Positions 10,966 through 22,044 are shown, numbered from the stretch's first letter. The stretch is DNA of 64,000 bases from an uncultured Alphaproteobacteria bacterium (GCA_902525035.1 CABZFN010000003.1:70395-134394), one strand, 5' to 3'. Notes: generated by a model from the sequence alone, not told the origin. Numbers and translations: made by a program.

Positions 10966-11751
10966 TTAGTTAGTAAAATCTTTATATAAAATAAAAGAAT
11001 CTAATATATCGCCGTATTTACCAATTTTACCTCTTACCTCACCATCTATAAGTACTAAAATATTCCCAGCATTTCCTGCTGTAATATTATAATTTAATTT
11101 AATTTCATATGAAAATTCTTCATCTTTATCCATTAATTTACTTAAAACAATATTATCTGCTTCATCTCTAAGTTGAAGCCAAGTTGGATTTAACATTTTT
11201 AATGTAGCAACTGTTGTAATATCTTCATCAAACTCAATAGATGCTATAGCACTAGAGTTATTTATCAAAACATTTTTATTAACATCATTACTTTCAGATT
11301 TGGTGTCGAAAGTGTTAGCTTTTTCTACGATAGGTTCTAAACTTTCAGGTATATCTGGAATTAAAGCAAAGTTAATTTCATTATCATTTTGATCAACGAA
11401 TAAAAAGTAAAATGAAGTGAATACAACCATGATTATAGAAGCAGCAAAAAATTTTTCTATTTTAAAAAAATTGTTTTCTACTATTGGGGTAATATTATTT
11501 TTCTCTTCCTTAATATTAAATGATATTTGATCTTTAAATTTTTTAATAATTGTATCAGTATCTAATTCTAGAAAGTTTGAATAAGATCTTAGATGCCCAA
11601 TATTGAAAATAATATCTTCATTGTTTTTAATTTTATCGTTTTCAAGATCAAAAATAATTCTTTTAGAAATTTTTAACTCTATTGATATATCGATAATTGA
11701 AAGATTTTTGGAGTTTCTTTCAAAAGATAAAATTTGACCTACTGTTTTCAT
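10966..11751 (-). CDS. RodZ-like cytoskeleton protein (HTH domain + TM + DUF4115-like C-terminus)
   Basis: N-terminal XRE-type HTH (LSIIDISIELKISKRII), a central TM helix and a C-terminal beta domain. It sits directly upstream of ispG on the same strand (4-nt gap); rodZ and ispG are adjacent in many proteobacteria. Confidence 0.6.
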   Translation of the reverse strand: MKTVGQILSFERNSKNLSIIDISIELKISKRIIFDLENDKIKNNEDIIFNIGHLRSYSNFLELDTDTIIKKFKDQISFNIKEEKNNITPIVENNFFKIEKFFAASIIMVVFTSFYFLFVDQNDNEINFALIPDIPESLEPIVEKANTFDTKSESNDVNKNVLINNSSAIASIEFDEDITTVATLKMLNPTWLQLRDEADNIVLSKLMDKDEEFSYEIKLNYNITAGNAGNILVLIDGEVRGKIGKYGDILDSFILYKDFTN

Positions 11752-12963
11752 TTAATTTCCTAGATTATATGCCTCATGTAGAGATTTTACAGCAATTTTT
11801 GTAAATTTTTTATTAATTAAGACACTTATCTTTATTTCTGATGTCGAGATAGCTAATATATTAATTGAATTATCAGCTAAAGTTGTGAACATTTTCTTTG
11901 CTACTCCAGATTGAGACATCATCCCCATACCAATTACCGAAATTTTAGAAATATTGGTATCGGCTTCAATAGATTCAAAATCAATTAAATTTTGATTTTC
12001 TTCTAATAATTTTTTAGTATTTTTAATTTCACTGTTTGGAATAGTGAAAGTAATATTTGCAGTTACACCATCTTGAGATGTATTCTGCACAATCATATCT
12101 ACGTTAATATTATTATTAGCTAACAATCCAAAAATTTTCGCGGATATACCAGGTTTATCAGCAATACCAGATAAAGTTAATTTTGATTCATTGTTACTAA
12201 AGCTCACTCCACTTACAATTTCTTTTTCAATTAATTTATTTTCATCTACAACAAGAGTACCACTTTGTTTTGTAATTGAAGAAAGCACTTGTAATGTAAG
12301 ATTATTTTTCATCGCTAATTCGACAGATCGAGTATGAAGTACTTTTGTTCCAGTAGACGACATTTCTAACATTTCTTCGAATGCTAATTTATCAATTTTT
12401 TTAGCTTTGGGTTCCAGATTTGGATCAGTTGAATAAACACCATCAACATCTGTGTAGATATCACATCTATCAGCATCGACAGCAGCTGCAACAGCAACTG
12501 CAGTTGTATCAGAACCACCTCTTCCTAATGATGTAATCTTTCCCTCTATATCGACGCCTTGAAATCCAGCAACTACTAAAACATCATAATCATTTAGATA
12601 TTTATTAATTCTAACTTTATCTATGTTTAAGATTTTAGCTTTCTGATGGTTGTTGTTTGTTATAATTGGGATTTGCCATCCGAGTAATGGAATAGATTTA
12701 ATATTTCTTTTTTTTAAAATAGCCGAAAGAAGTCCAACTGAAACAGCTTCACCAGATGTTAAAATTAAATCGTTTTCAATAATCTCATTTGACTCAATTT
12801 CATCTATATATTCTTGCATTTTATTTGTTACGCCTGACATTGCGGATAAAACAACAATTAATTTTTTATCATTTAGTTGCTTTTCAACAATATTTGCAAC
12901 ATTATTGATTTTATCGATACTACCAACAGAAGTACCACCAAATTTCATTACTATAAGTTTCAT
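11752..12963 (-). CDS. lysC: aspartate kinase
   Basis: 403 aa. KFGGTSV, GRGGSDTTA, and two C-terminal ACT domains. Confidence 0.9.
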   Translation of the reverse strand: MKLIVMKFGGTSVGSIDKINNVANIVEKQLNDKKLIVVLSAMSGVTNKMQEYIDEIESNEIIENDLILTSGEAVSVGLLSAILKKRNIKSIPLLGWQIPIITNNNHQKAKILNIDKVRINKYLNDYDVLVVAGFQGVDIEGKITSLGRGGSDTTAVAVAAAVDADRCDIYTDVDGVYSTDPNLEPKAKKIDKLAFEEMLEMSSTGTKVLHTRSVELAMKNNLTLQVLSSITKQSGTLVVDENKLIEKEIVSGVSFSNNESKLTLSGIADKPGISAKIFGLLANNNINVDMIVQNTSQDGVTANITFTIPNSEIKNTKKLLEENQNLIDFESIEADTNISKISVIGMGMMSQSGVAKKMFTTLADNSINILAISTSEIKISVLINKKFTKIAVKSLHEAYNLGN

Positions 12964-13026
12964 TGACTTAAATGTTTTTTAAATTATTTCAGCTATTATA
13001 ATTATTGTATCTAACAAACAAGTTTT

Positions 13027-13734
13027 ATGATGAATATAAAATCAAAAAATGAAGAATTTACCTTTTTTAATCAACTTTCAGATGAATGGTGGAATGAAAA
13101 TGGAAAATTTAAGATTCTTCATCAAATCAAAAGTCATAGAATGACTTATATTCTAGATCAAATTGGAAATAGGGAAATTAAAAATTTAAAAATACTGGAT
13201 GTAGGTTGTGGAGGAGGAATTATTTGTGAACCACTAGCAAGGCTAGGCGCCAAAGTTACTGGAATAGATTTTGCTCCAAATAATATCAGTGCTGCTAAAA
13301 TACATTCCATAAAAAATAAACTTAAAATTAATTATATTCATAAAGATGTTGAAAAGTCAAAATTAGATGGAAAATTTGATTTAATACTAATGTTTGAAGT
13401 TTTAGAACATTTAGATGATTGGAAAAAAACTATTAAAAAGATAAAAAAAAATTTAAATAAAAATGGTATAATTATAATTTCCACAATTAATAGAAACTCA
13501 CTTTCTAAATTATTTGCGATTAGTATTGCTGAAAATATTCTTAAATGGATACCTAAAGGAACACATGATTATAATAAATTAATTAAACCTGAAGAATTAA
13601 AAAAAACTTTGACACTAGAAAATTTTCATTTTAAAAATATTAAAGGTCTTGTTTTTGATCCATTAAGCGGAGAATGGAAATTATCAAAAAACTTTATGGT
13701 TAATTATTTTTGTACTGCAAATTCAATTAATTAG
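13027..13734 (+). CDS. ubiG: bifunctional 3-demethylubiquinol / 2-polyprenyl-6-hydroxyphenol O-methyltransferase
   Basis: 235 aa. FNQLSDEWWNENGKFKILH, SAM motif ILDVGCGGGIICE, and the GTHDYNKLIKPEEL C-terminal motif of UbiG/Coq3. Confidence 0.85.
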   Translation: MMNIKSKNEEFTFFNQLSDEWWNENGKFKILHQIKSHRMTYILDQIGNREIKNLKILDVGCGGGIICEPLARLGAKVTGIDFAPNNISAAKIHSIKNKLKINYIHKDVEKSKLDGKFDLILMFEVLEHLDDWKKTIKKIKKNLNKNGIIIISTINRNSLSKLFAISIAENILKWIPKGTHDYNKLIKPEELKKTLTLENFHFKNIKGLVFDPLSGEWKLSKNFMVNYFCTANSIN

Positions 13735-14140
13735 TTTTTTTTGTTGAAAAAGGTAACGGTAGTAGATCAATATCTTCATCTATTAGTTCTTTAGTTTGTT
13801 CAATTGAAGCTTCACCATAAATTGCACGTTCCTTCGTTTCACCGTATTTAATTTTTTTTGCTTCTTCAGTAAATTTATCACCAACGTAGTCAAATTCTTT
13901 TTCTATAATTTTTTTTAGCCTTTTAACATTAGAAGCAATTGATTTATTACTTTTAGAAATTTTTGAATTTGATTTTTTGGCTACATTTGGTGCCATTAAA
14001 CCTTTTTTTATGTGAATACTATTACAGGAAGGACAAGACACTAACCCTTTTTTAATTTGCTTAATATAGTCTTGTGTATTTTCAAACCATCCTTCGAAAG
14101 AAAAATCACAATCTGAACAAGAAAGATTAAATACAATCAT
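13727..14140 (-). CDS. DUF1178 family zinc-ribbon protein
   Basis: 137 aa. N-terminal MIVFNLSCSDCDFSFEGWF plus a CPSC pair, followed by a basic linker. Confidence 0.7.
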   Translation of the reverse strand: MIVFNLSCSDCDFSFEGWFENTQDYIKQIKKGLVSCPSCNSIHIKKGLMAPNVAKKSNSKISKSNKSIASNVKRLKKIIEKEFDYVGDKFTEEAKKIKYGETKERAIYGEASIEQTKELIDEDIDLLPLPFSTKKTN

Positions 14141-14145
14141 GTGTA

Positions 14146-14628
14146 TTATATCGTTTTATCTAGCTTTTTTTCAATATCAAAATCAACATCATCAGACTCT
14201 AATTGCATAATTAATGAATTTTTTGGGAAATTTAAATTACAAACTGTTCCTTTAGATAAAGTTACACCCATCATTGGCTTTAAGCTGACATTAATATATT
14301 TTTGAGTATTTAGATTTAAAATATCAATCTTTACAAGTTCTTTAAAAACAATAAGAAGCAAATTTTTATTTAGTTTCAATTTTAATTTAGATTTAGGGTT
14401 TTTAAAAAAAGATAATTTAAAAATTAGATTTTTCTCAAGAACATTTATATCTTCCGCTAAAGCAACATTTGAATTCTGCATTTGCAGATTTTTTAAATTA
14501 ATTTGATCTTTTCTATTTAAGATTTTTTCTTTCAATATTTCTAAAAAAGTGGTTCCATAAATTTTTTTATTAATAATTTCAGATTCTTCTTTAATTATTT
14601 CAACTATCTCTTTAAGAATAATATCCAT
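14146..14628 (-). CDS. hypothetical protein (no family recognised)
   Basis: 160-aa ORF in a gene-dense run, 5 nt from its neighbour. It has no signal peptide and no motif I can name. The coding call rests on length and context only. Confidence 0.5.
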   Translation of the reverse strand: MDIILKEIVEIIKEESEIINKKIYGTTFLEILKEKILNRKDQINLKNLQMQNSNVALAEDINVLEKNLIFKLSFFKNPKSKLKLKLNKNLLLIVFKELVKIDILNLNTQKYINVSLKPMMGVTLSKGTVCNLNFPKNSLIMQLESDDVDFDIEKKLDKTI

Positions 14629-14655
14629 AATTACTTTTTATACTTTATAAAAAAA

Positions 14656-15432
14656 ATGATAAACAAAAAATATCTTAAACTATTAAGATCTAAAGATAGA
14701 AAATATGGAGAAAACTTTATTTATAATGAAATAAGTAAAAATATAATTGATTCCTTAGATATTTTGAAAGTTCCTTTTAATAATATTTTACAATTTGGCA
14801 TTAATGATAATTTAGTTAATAATTATCTTAAGGAAAAATTTCCATCTTGTTCTATAACAAGCGCTGACATCGATATATCACTTTTTCCCAAAAAGACAGA
14901 TCAAAAATTTATAGAAATTGATTTGGACAATTTACAGATTGAGGATAATAAATTTGATTTGATTTTTAGTAATTTTTTTATTCAATTATCATCTAATTTT
15001 GAGAAATTGATAGAAAAAATTTTTCAAAACCTAAATTCAAATGGATTATTTGTAGCAACCATTCCTGACACTGAAAATATTTATCAGCTTGTAAATTCAA
15101 TGTATGAAACTGATAATATTTTATATGGAGGAATGTATCAGAGAATTAATCCAATTTTAGATAAGAATGATATTTTTAAAATACTTAAAAAATATAATTT
15201 TGATGCACCTCTAATAAATACTAATAATTTCACCATAGAATATTCAGTTTTTAAAAAACTACTTGATGACGTAAGATTTTTAAACTTACCCTATGCAGGT
15301 TATGATAAAAGAAATTATTTTGAGCATAAGAAATACTTTGTTTATTTGGAAGAACAATTTAGAAAAAAATATTATAAAGATAATTTTAATCTTGATATAT
15401 ATTATGGTACGATTTGTGCTTGGAAAAAATAA
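14656..15432 (+). CDS. class I SAM-dependent methyltransferase (BioC/NDUFAF5-like)
   Basis: 258 aa. The methyltransferase fold is suggested by ILQFG...(motif I, degenerate) and DLIFSNFFIQL (post-II). The assignment is weak and made by overall pattern. Confidence 0.6.
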   Translation: MINKKYLKLLRSKDRKYGENFIYNEISKNIIDSLDILKVPFNNILQFGINDNLVNNYLKEKFPSCSITSADIDISLFPKKTDQKFIEIDLDNLQIEDNKFDLIFSNFFIQLSSNFEKLIEKIFQNLNSNGLFVATIPDTENIYQLVNSMYETDNILYGGMYQRINPILDKNDIFKILKKYNFDAPLINTNNFTIEYSVFKKLLDDVRFLNLPYAGYDKRNYFEHKKYFVYLEEQFRKKYYKDNFNLDIYYGTICAWKK

Positions 15433-15434
15433 AA

Positions 15435-16646
15435 TTAAGATCTGTAATCAGCATTAATCTTTAAATATTCAAGGGTTAGATCATTTCCATAAACTGTGTG
15501 TGAAAACTTACCCAAATTTAATTTAACATTAATGTCTATTATTTTATTTTTCACATAATGATTTAGTTTTTTAATATTTATTTTTTTACTTATTGAGCCA
15601 TTTTCACATACAACATTATTTCCAAATAAAACTATAATTTTGTTTTGATTAATTTTTTCTTCAGTTTTGCCAATCGCCATTATTACTCTGCCCCAATTTG
15701 CATCTTCTCCTGCAATAGCTGTTTTTACCAAAGGAGAATTTGCAATACTAAATGCTATTTTTTTTGCTTGATGTTTTGTTCTTGCGTTAAAAATATTTAC
15801 TTTTATTAATTTTGAAACTCCTTCTCCATCTTTTATTACCTGAAGAGATAGATCATGCATTAAATCATGTATTTTATTATTTAAAATTTTAAAATTTTTT
15901 TTATGTAAATTTATCTTTTTATTACCAACTGAGAACATCATTAAAGTATCACTAGTTGAAGTGTCGCTATCAACGGTTATTGAGTTAAATGTATTTTCTA
16001 AGTTATTTTTAATAAGTCTAGTCATTAATTGTTTTGAAGTTTCACATTCAATAAAAATATAAACCAACATTGTTCCCATATTTGGTTGTATCATTCCTGA
16101 TCCTTTTGCTATTCCATAAATTTTAAATGATTTTTTGTCTAACTTAATATTTTTAATTGATACCTTTGGGAAAGTATCTGTTGTCATAATTGCCTTAGCG
16201 CTTTCAAGTAAACTTTTTTTATTTCTGGAATTTATTTTTTCAAATTTATTTATTATTAAATTAGGATTAAATTTTTCACCTATTACACCAGTAGATGATA
16301 CTAATACTTCATTAGATTTACATTTAATTTTTTTTGTTAATGCTTGTACATATTTATTGATTATTTTAAGACCATCTTTACCAGTATGCGCATTCGCATT
16401 ACCTGCATTCACAACTAACGCTTTAACCTTACCTTTGTTATTTTGTTTATCCCAAATTATAGGGGCTGAAGGTGTTGATGTTTTAGAATAAACACAACAC
16501 ACATTTATAATTTTATTAAAAATTATTAATAAAAGATCTTTATCTTTTTTTTTAAATCCAGCATTAAAAGTATATATATTTAGGCCACTAGGATTAAAAT
16601 CTTTGATTTTTTTTGGCTTAAATATTGAAATCATTTTATTGACCAT
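15435..16646 (-). CDS. argJ: bifunctional ornithine acetyltransferase / N-acetylglutamate synthase
   Basis: 403 aa. MTTDTFPK, KGSGMIQPNMGTMLVY (autoprocessing Thr context), DGEG, ANWGR. Confidence 0.9.
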   Translation of the reverse strand: MVNKMISIFKPKKIKDFNPSGLNIYTFNAGFKKKDKDLLLIIFNKIINVCCVYSKTSTPSAPIIWDKQNNKGKVKALVVNAGNANAHTGKDGLKIINKYVQALTKKIKCKSNEVLVSSTGVIGEKFNPNLIINKFEKINSRNKKSLLESAKAIMTTDTFPKVSIKNIKLDKKSFKIYGIAKGSGMIQPNMGTMLVYIFIECETSKQLMTRLIKNNLENTFNSITVDSDTSTSDTLMMFSVGNKKINLHKKNFKILNNKIHDLMHDLSLQVIKDGEGVSKLIKVNIFNARTKHQAKKIAFSIANSPLVKTAIAGEDANWGRVIMAIGKTEEKINQNKIIVLFGNNVVCENGSISKKINIKKLNHYVKNKIIDINVKLNLGKFSHTVYGNDLTLEYLKINADYRS

Positions 16647-16710
16647 ATTTTAGCTTAAATTCCTTTGTAGAAGAAATATTTTTCATATATTAGTTGCCAC
16701 TTATCATAAC

Positions 16711-19227
16711 ATGATTAATATTGTTAATAAATTATTTGGTTCTATTAAATCTAATTCACTTAAAAAATATGCAAGTTTTGTAGAGAAAGTAAATAAACTG
16801 GAAGAAGAAATTTCTAATCTTTCTGATCAAGAATTAAAAGATAAAACAAATTACTTTAAAAATAAATTTAATGCAACTGGGTCAATCACTAAATCATTAC
16901 CAGAAATATTTTCAGTAGTTAGAGAGACATCAAAAAGAACATTAAATATGAGACACTATGATGTTCAAATAATAGGTGGAATGGTCTTATACGAAAACAA
17001 GATAACTGAAATGAAAACAGGAGAAGGAAAAACATTGGTCGCTACTCTAGCTGCTTATGCAAATGCTATAGAAAACTTATCGGTACATATTATTACAGTT
17101 AATGATTATCTAGCAAAAAGAGATGCAGAATGGATGGGTCAAATATTTAATTTTCTTGGTCTTAGTGTTGGCTGTGTAACTTCGGAAACACATCATGAAG
17201 AAAGGTCTAATCAATACGATGCAGATATTGTGTATGCAACCAATAATGAGATAGGATTTGATTACTTAAGAGATAATTTGAAAAACGATTACAATAACTT
17301 ATGTTTTAAAAAAAATGCATTTGCCATAGTTGATGAAGTTGATAGTATTTTAATTGATGAAGCCAGAACACCTCTTGTTATTTCTGCTGAATCAAATTCT
17401 GATACAGATTTGTTTCCAAAAATAGATAAAATTGTAAAAATTTTAAGAGAAAATGATTTTGAAATTAATGAAGAAAGTAAAAGTATTTTACTTACTACAG
17501 AGGGAATGGAATTTTGTGAAAAATTATTGAAAGAAAATGGAATTATTACAGAAGGTACACTTCAGGATTTAGGAAATATGGTTTTGAATCATAATATAAT
17601 CCAAGCGCTTAGAGCACATCATTTATTTATAAAAGATAAAGATTACATAATTAAAGATAGAAGTGTAGTCATTATTGATGAGTTAACTGGACGGGCCATG
17701 GAAGGTAGAAGATATGGTGATGGCTTGCATCAAGCTATAGAAGCAAAAGAAAATTTAGCGATCCAAAAAGAAAATCAAACTATTGCTTCTGTTACATATC
17801 AAAATTTTTTTAGGACATATTATCGTCTAAGTGGGATGACAGGAACTGCCACAACAGAAGCGAAGGAATTTGAAAGTATATATAATTTGGAGGTTGTTGA
17901 AATTCCTCCTAATATTAAAGTAAATCGTCTTGATAAAAATGATCAAATTTACATGACAAAAAGAGAAAAATACAATGCTGTGTTAGATCTTGTTAAGTCA
18001 AGAAATAAAATCGATCAACCAATACTAATAGGAACTACATCAGTAGAAAATTCAATAAAGATATCTGATTTATTAAAAAGAGAAAATCTAAAGCATAATA
18101 TTCTAAATGCTAAAAATCATATGAGTGAAGCAAAAATTATTGAAGAAGCTGGAATGCCTGGCAATATAACTATTTCAACTAATATGGCGGGAAGAGGTAC
18201 TGATATTAAATTGGGAAATGGAGATGATAATTTAAAAAGAGAAGCAATTGCATCAGGTGGTTTGCTAATAATTGGTACAGAAAGACACGAAAGTCGAAGA
18301 ATAGATAATCAATTAAGAGGTAGATCAGGAAGGCAAGGAGATATTGGTGAAAGTATTTTTTTTCTATCATTAGAAGATGATCTAATGAGAATATTTGGAG
18401 CAAAAACGCTAGAAAATGTATTATCAAAATTAGGTCTTAAAGATGGTGAAGTTATAACACATTCAATGATTACAAAATCTTTAGAAAGAGCTCAACAAAA
18501 AGTTGAAAGTCATAATTTTGATATGAGAAAACAAATTTTAAAATTTGATGATATTTTAAATGATCAAAGAAAAATAATCTATCAGAATAGAAGGGAAATC
18601 CTTAATACAAGTGATCAATCTAAAATCATTGAAGATATGATCTCTGACTATGTTGATTATTTGATAGAACTTACTATCCCTCCAAAAAAATATTCTTATG
18701 AATGGGATGCAAACTTATTAACAGAAAAGGTTAAGGAAATATTTAACATAATGATACCTACCTTAAAATGGTTTGAAGAAGAAGGTGTTGATGATGAAGA
18801 GATTAAAAAAAGGTTGTTAGATGAAATAAATCAAAAATATAATGAGAAACAAAATCAATATTCTGTTGAATTATTTAAATTTGCAGAAAAAAGAGTAATG
18901 CTATTTCAAATTGATAAAGATTGGAGAGATCACTTGGCAGCAATGGACTCTTTACGAGGTAGTGTTAATTTAAGAGCAATGGGAGGTAAAGATCCATTTT
19001 ATGAATACAAAAAAGAATCATTTGACTATTTTGATGAAATGCTTTCTAACCAAAATGAGAGGGTATTAAAAACTTTATTTAATATAAAGTTAGTTAACGA
19101 TAACAATAATAATACTACAAATAAGAAAAAAGCAGAACCAAGAAGGATAATTACTAAAAAAATTGGGAGAAATGAACCTTGTCCCTGCGGTTCAGGTAAG
19201 AAATACAAACAATGTCATGGTAGTTAA
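16711..19227 (+). CDS. secA: preprotein translocase ATPase SecA
   Basis: 838 aa. MKTGEGKT Walker [16 protein letters not shown], and the C-terminal zinc site [14 protein letters not shown]. Confidence 0.97.
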   Translation: MINIVNKLFGSIKSNSLKKYASFVEKVNKLEEEISNLSDQELKDKTNYFKNKFNATGSITKSLPEIFSVVRETSKRTLNMRHYDVQIIGGMVLYENKITEMKTGEGKTLVATLAAYANAIENLSVHIITVNDYLAKRDAEWMGQIFNFLGLSVGCVTSETHHEERSNQYDADIVYATNNEIGFDYLRDNLKNDYNNLCFKKNAFAIVDEVDSILIDEARTPLVISAESNSDTDLFPKIDKIVKILRENDFEINEESKSILLTTEGMEFCEKLLKENGIITEGTLQDLGNMVLNHNIIQALRAHHLFIKDKDYIIKDRSVVIIDELTGRAMEGRRYGDGLHQAIEAKENLAIQKENQTIASVTYQNFFRTYYRLSGMTGTATTEAKEFESIYNLEVVEIPPNIKVNRLDKNDQIYMTKREKYNAVLDLVKSRNKIDQPILIGTTSVENSIKISDLLKRENLKHNILNAKNHMSEAKIIEEAGMPGNITISTNMAGRGTDIKLGNGDDNLKREAIASGGLLIIGTERHESRRIDNQLRGRSGRQGDIGESIFFLSLEDDLMRIFGAKTLENVLSKLGLKDGEVITHSMITKSLERAQQKVESHNFDMRKQILKFDDILNDQRKIIYQNRREILNTSDQSKIIEDMISDYVDYLIELTIPPKKYSYEWDANLLTEKVKEIFNIMIPTLKWFEEEGVDDEEIKKRLLDEINQKYNEKQNQYSVELFKFAEKRVMLFQIDKDWRDHLAAMDSLRGSVNLRAMGGKDPFYEYKKESFDYFDEMLSNQNERVLKTLFNIKLVNDNNNNTTNKKKAEPRRIITKKIGRNEPCPCGSGKKYKQCHGS

Positions 19228-20162
19228 ATATCAGAAGTGATATTTAAATATTTTTGTTTTCTAATTTGGACTAATTCATTTATAGAAGTTTTTTGCAATT
19301 CTTTAAGAAGATTAATTATCTTATCTTTTAAAATTTCTGATTGTTTTAAAGGATGTCTATGCGCACCTCCATAAGGTTCTGGAATTATATCATCTATGAT
19401 GTTAAATTTTTTACAATCAGTTGATGTTAACTTTAAGGTCTTTGCAGCTTCCTTTGAAAATTCTGTATTTCTCCATAAAATCGAAGCACAACCTTCCGGA
19501 GAAATTACTGAATAAATTGAATGTTCTAACATTAAAACTCTATCAGAAGTAGCTATTCCAATTGCTCCTCCAGACCCCCCTTCTCCAATTATTATTGATA
19601 TTGTTGGTATTTTGGTTTTTAAAAAATGAAGTATTGCAGATGCAATAGATTCTGATTGTCCTCTTTCCTCAGCATCTTTTCCTGGAAAAGCACCAGCAGT
19701 ATCAACAAATGATATTAGTGGTAATTTAAATTTTTCTGCTAATTTTAACAACCTTTGAGCTTTCCTATACCCTTCTGGCTTAGCCATTCCAAAGTTATGC
19801 TTAATTCTTGTTTCCATAGTATTACCTTTTTCAGTTCCAATAAAAAAAACTGAAAGACTATCAATTTTAGCCATTCCTCCTACTATAGCATTATCATCTG
19901 CATATTTTTTATCACCATGTAGGAAGACTATATCATCAAAAATATTATTAATGTAATCTAGTGTGTGCGGTCTTTCACCATGTCGTGATACTTGAACTTT
20001 TTGCCAGGGATCTAAACTTGAATAAATTTTTTTATATAACTCATTTTTTTCTTTATTTAATTTGTTGATTTTATCAAAATTAAGATCTTTGTTATTGTTT
20101 AATTGAGTTAATAGGATTTCAATTTTTTCAATTTCATTTTCAAATTCAAAATATTTGATCAT
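19224..20162 (-). CDS. accA: acetyl-CoA carboxylase carboxyltransferase alpha subunit
   Basis: 312 aa. [26 protein letters not shown]. Confidence 0.95.
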   Translation of the reverse strand: MIKYFEFENEIEKIEILLTQLNNNKDLNFDKINKLNKEKNELYKKIYSSLDPWQKVQVSRHGERPHTLDYINNIFDDIVFLHGDKKYADDNAIVGGMAKIDSLSVFFIGTEKGNTMETRIKHNFGMAKPEGYRKAQRLLKLAEKFKLPLISFVDTAGAFPGKDAEERGQSESIASAILHFLKTKIPTISIIIGEGGSGGAIGIATSDRVLMLEHSIYSVISPEGCASILWRNTEFSKEAAKTLKLTSTDCKKFNIIDDIIPEPYGGAHRHPLKQSEILKDKIINLLKELQKTSINELVQIRKQKYLNITSDI

Positions 20163-21919
20163 AAAATGAAATTATAACTTTTAAATATCTCTAAAACTAA
20201 ATTTCTAAAAAGTACTCCATCATTAAATTTTAAATAACCTGTAAGAATTAGTTTTAAATGTTCTGGATGTAATGCATTCCAGTTTTTACCATTTAAAGAA
20301 ATTAATGAATAAAAAAGAAATTTTTCATAATCATTGTTTATAATACTTTCATTGATTTCATTTAACAGAAAAAATGATAGCATTGATCTTTCATCAAAAA
20401 TATTATCAAAATTAATACTTGTATCAAATTTTAAATCTAAATTCATTACGTCCTTAATCACAAATAATAACTCAGCATTTTGATTATACTTTTCGTCAGT
20501 ATAATTTTCTAGAGTTAAATTCATAGAATTTATGAACGAATTTAAATCATTAGAGGAATATATATCTAACAAGATTCTAGTAAAGATACTTTTAGAGTCA
20601 ACTTGCTTTGCATTTTCATATAATTCTATCCACTCTAAAGCATTTTGAAAGTTATTATTAAATATATATGCAGAAGCTATTTGAGGTCCATAAATTATAT
20701 TTTCTGAAGTAGCCTCAATGGAGCTCAACATATTAATTGATAATTTATAAGCTATTTCTTCTAGATTATTTTTTTTTGCATAATCCCAAAATTTAATCAA
20801 AATATTTAATCTATCATTAGGAAAAATTTGAATATTTACTAGTTGAAATAAAAAGGCCATACTTATTTCTTTATTATCTATAAAGGAGTCTATTGTTTTT
20901 TGAGGATTACTAAATTGATCTGAATTAAAGTCAGCTGACATATATAATGCTGCTAAACTATCCACTGTAATAAATTTTTCTAAAAAACTATTATTAGCTG
21001 CTTTAATTCTTAAATCAATTGGTGAAGCTTGATTTAAAATTATTGGAATTGATAAATTTTTTTTATCCAGTTCATAAAACGAATCAGAAAAGGGTAGTTC
21101 CGCAATCCTTGTCATAGCACTATAAAGAAATATTAATTCAGTATTAATTTCATAATCTTTAATTTCTTCATCGATAGGTTGTAACTCTGAGGAATTAGAT
21201 ATTATTGAAAACAAATATTGATAATAAGTATCTAAATTTTTCTCTGATTCTATCAAAATTGAATTTAATAATTTAGCTTCAGATTGGTTATTATTTAAAA
21301 TTAAACAAAATATATCAAGCTTCTCTAAAAAGAAAAAATCTAATTTCATATTTAAATTTAATTCTTCTTTAAAGTTGCATGCTTCATTCAATTGAAAAGT
21401 TGATAACAGGTAATTTAATTTTACCATGGTATAGAAATTAAAATTTTTATCATTACTTAGATCATGTTTGTCTATTAATTCAAAAGATTTATTTATTAGA
21501 CCAATTGATTTGAAATAGTTAACAATAATGAAAAAAATTTGCTTATCTTTGTCAGTTTCTAAATTTAATTGTAAATCTTCTAAAACTTGATTAATTTGTA
21601 TTTGTAAAGATTTAGATGTAATTTTTTGAAGATTTGCAAAATAGTTTTCGAGATCATTTATTTCGCTATTAAAAATGAAATTATTTTTACTAATTTCAAT
21701 TTGTTTTACCTCAACCTCATTAGATTGAGTTTCATTTATTTCACCTAAAATTTCAGCTTCTTCATCAGTTTGTTCTTTTTCAATAATATTTTCTAATACC
21801 ATTTGATCAAGACTCTTATTTTCATGTAAATTAATCACCTCAACTTCACTATTATCTTCTTCATTTGCAAAAATGGAGTTTGTAAATAATATAAAAAAGA
21901 ATAAAAAAATTAATCTCAT
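20159..21919 (-). CDS. secreted protein of unknown function (predicted all-alpha)
   Basis: 586 aa. Sec signal peptide MRLIFLFFFILFTNSIFA/NEED, an acidic N-terminal region, then a long N/L/I/F-rich helical-looking body. ATGA overlaps at both ends (with accA and with the 42-codon ORF). Confidence 0.6.
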   Translation of the reverse strand: MRLIFLFFFILFTNSIFANEEDNSEVEVINLHENKSLDQMVLENIIEKEQTDEEAEILGEINETQSNEVEVKQIEISKNNFIFNSEINDLENYFANLQKITSKSLQIQINQVLEDLQLNLETDKDKQIFFIIVNYFKSIGLINKSFELIDKHDLSNDKNFNFYTMVKLNYLLSTFQLNEACNFKEELNLNMKLDFFFLEKLDIFCLILNNNQSEAKLLNSILIESEKNLDTYYQYLFSIISNSSELQPIDEEIKDYEINTELIFLYSAMTRIAELPFSDSFYELDKKNLSIPIILNQASPIDLRIKAANNSFLEKFITVDSLAALYMSADFNSDQFSNPQKTIDSFIDNKEISMAFLFQLVNIQIFPNDRLNILIKFWDYAKKNNLEEIAYKLSINMLSSIEATSENIIYGPQIASAYIFNNNFQNALEWIELYENAKQVDSKSIFTRILLDIYSSNDLNSFINSMNLTLENYTDEKYNQNAELLFVIKDVMNLDLKFDTSINFDNIFDERSMLSFFLLNEINESIINNDYEKFLFYSLISLNGKNWNALHPEHLKLILTGYLKFNDGVLFRNLVLEIFKSYNFIL

Positions 21920-22044
21920 TTTAGATTTAGTGTATATTTTTCAGTAATAATTGCTGAAGGTGATGGAATTTCAATCATGTAAAGTGTTAATAAAACGATG
22001 ATTGTTAGTATTAGAAAAAAATATATAATGTACGAGTTTTTCAT
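21916..22044 (-). CDS. candidate small membrane protein (42 aa), not in the supplied ORF track
   Basis: My hand translation of the minus strand gives MKNSYIIYFFLILTIIVLLTLYMIEIPSPSAIITEKYTLNLK*. It has an ATG start and one TM helix, and its TGA stop overlaps the ATG of the 586-aa gene (A-ATG-A). It fills more than half (129 of 224 nt) of an otherwise anomalous gap. Confidence 0.4.
   Translation of the reverse strand: MKNSYIIYFFLILTIIVLLTLYMIEIPSPSAIITEKYTLNLK

Noticed and set aside
12650-12982. 110-aa plus-strand ORF running out of lysC into the lysC/ubiG spacer
   Set aside because: It is antisense to the aspartate kinase N-terminus (KFGGTSV) and is a hydrophobic shadow frame. Other track ORFs of 60-120 aa that lie wholly inside larger conserved genes were rejected on the same grounds.
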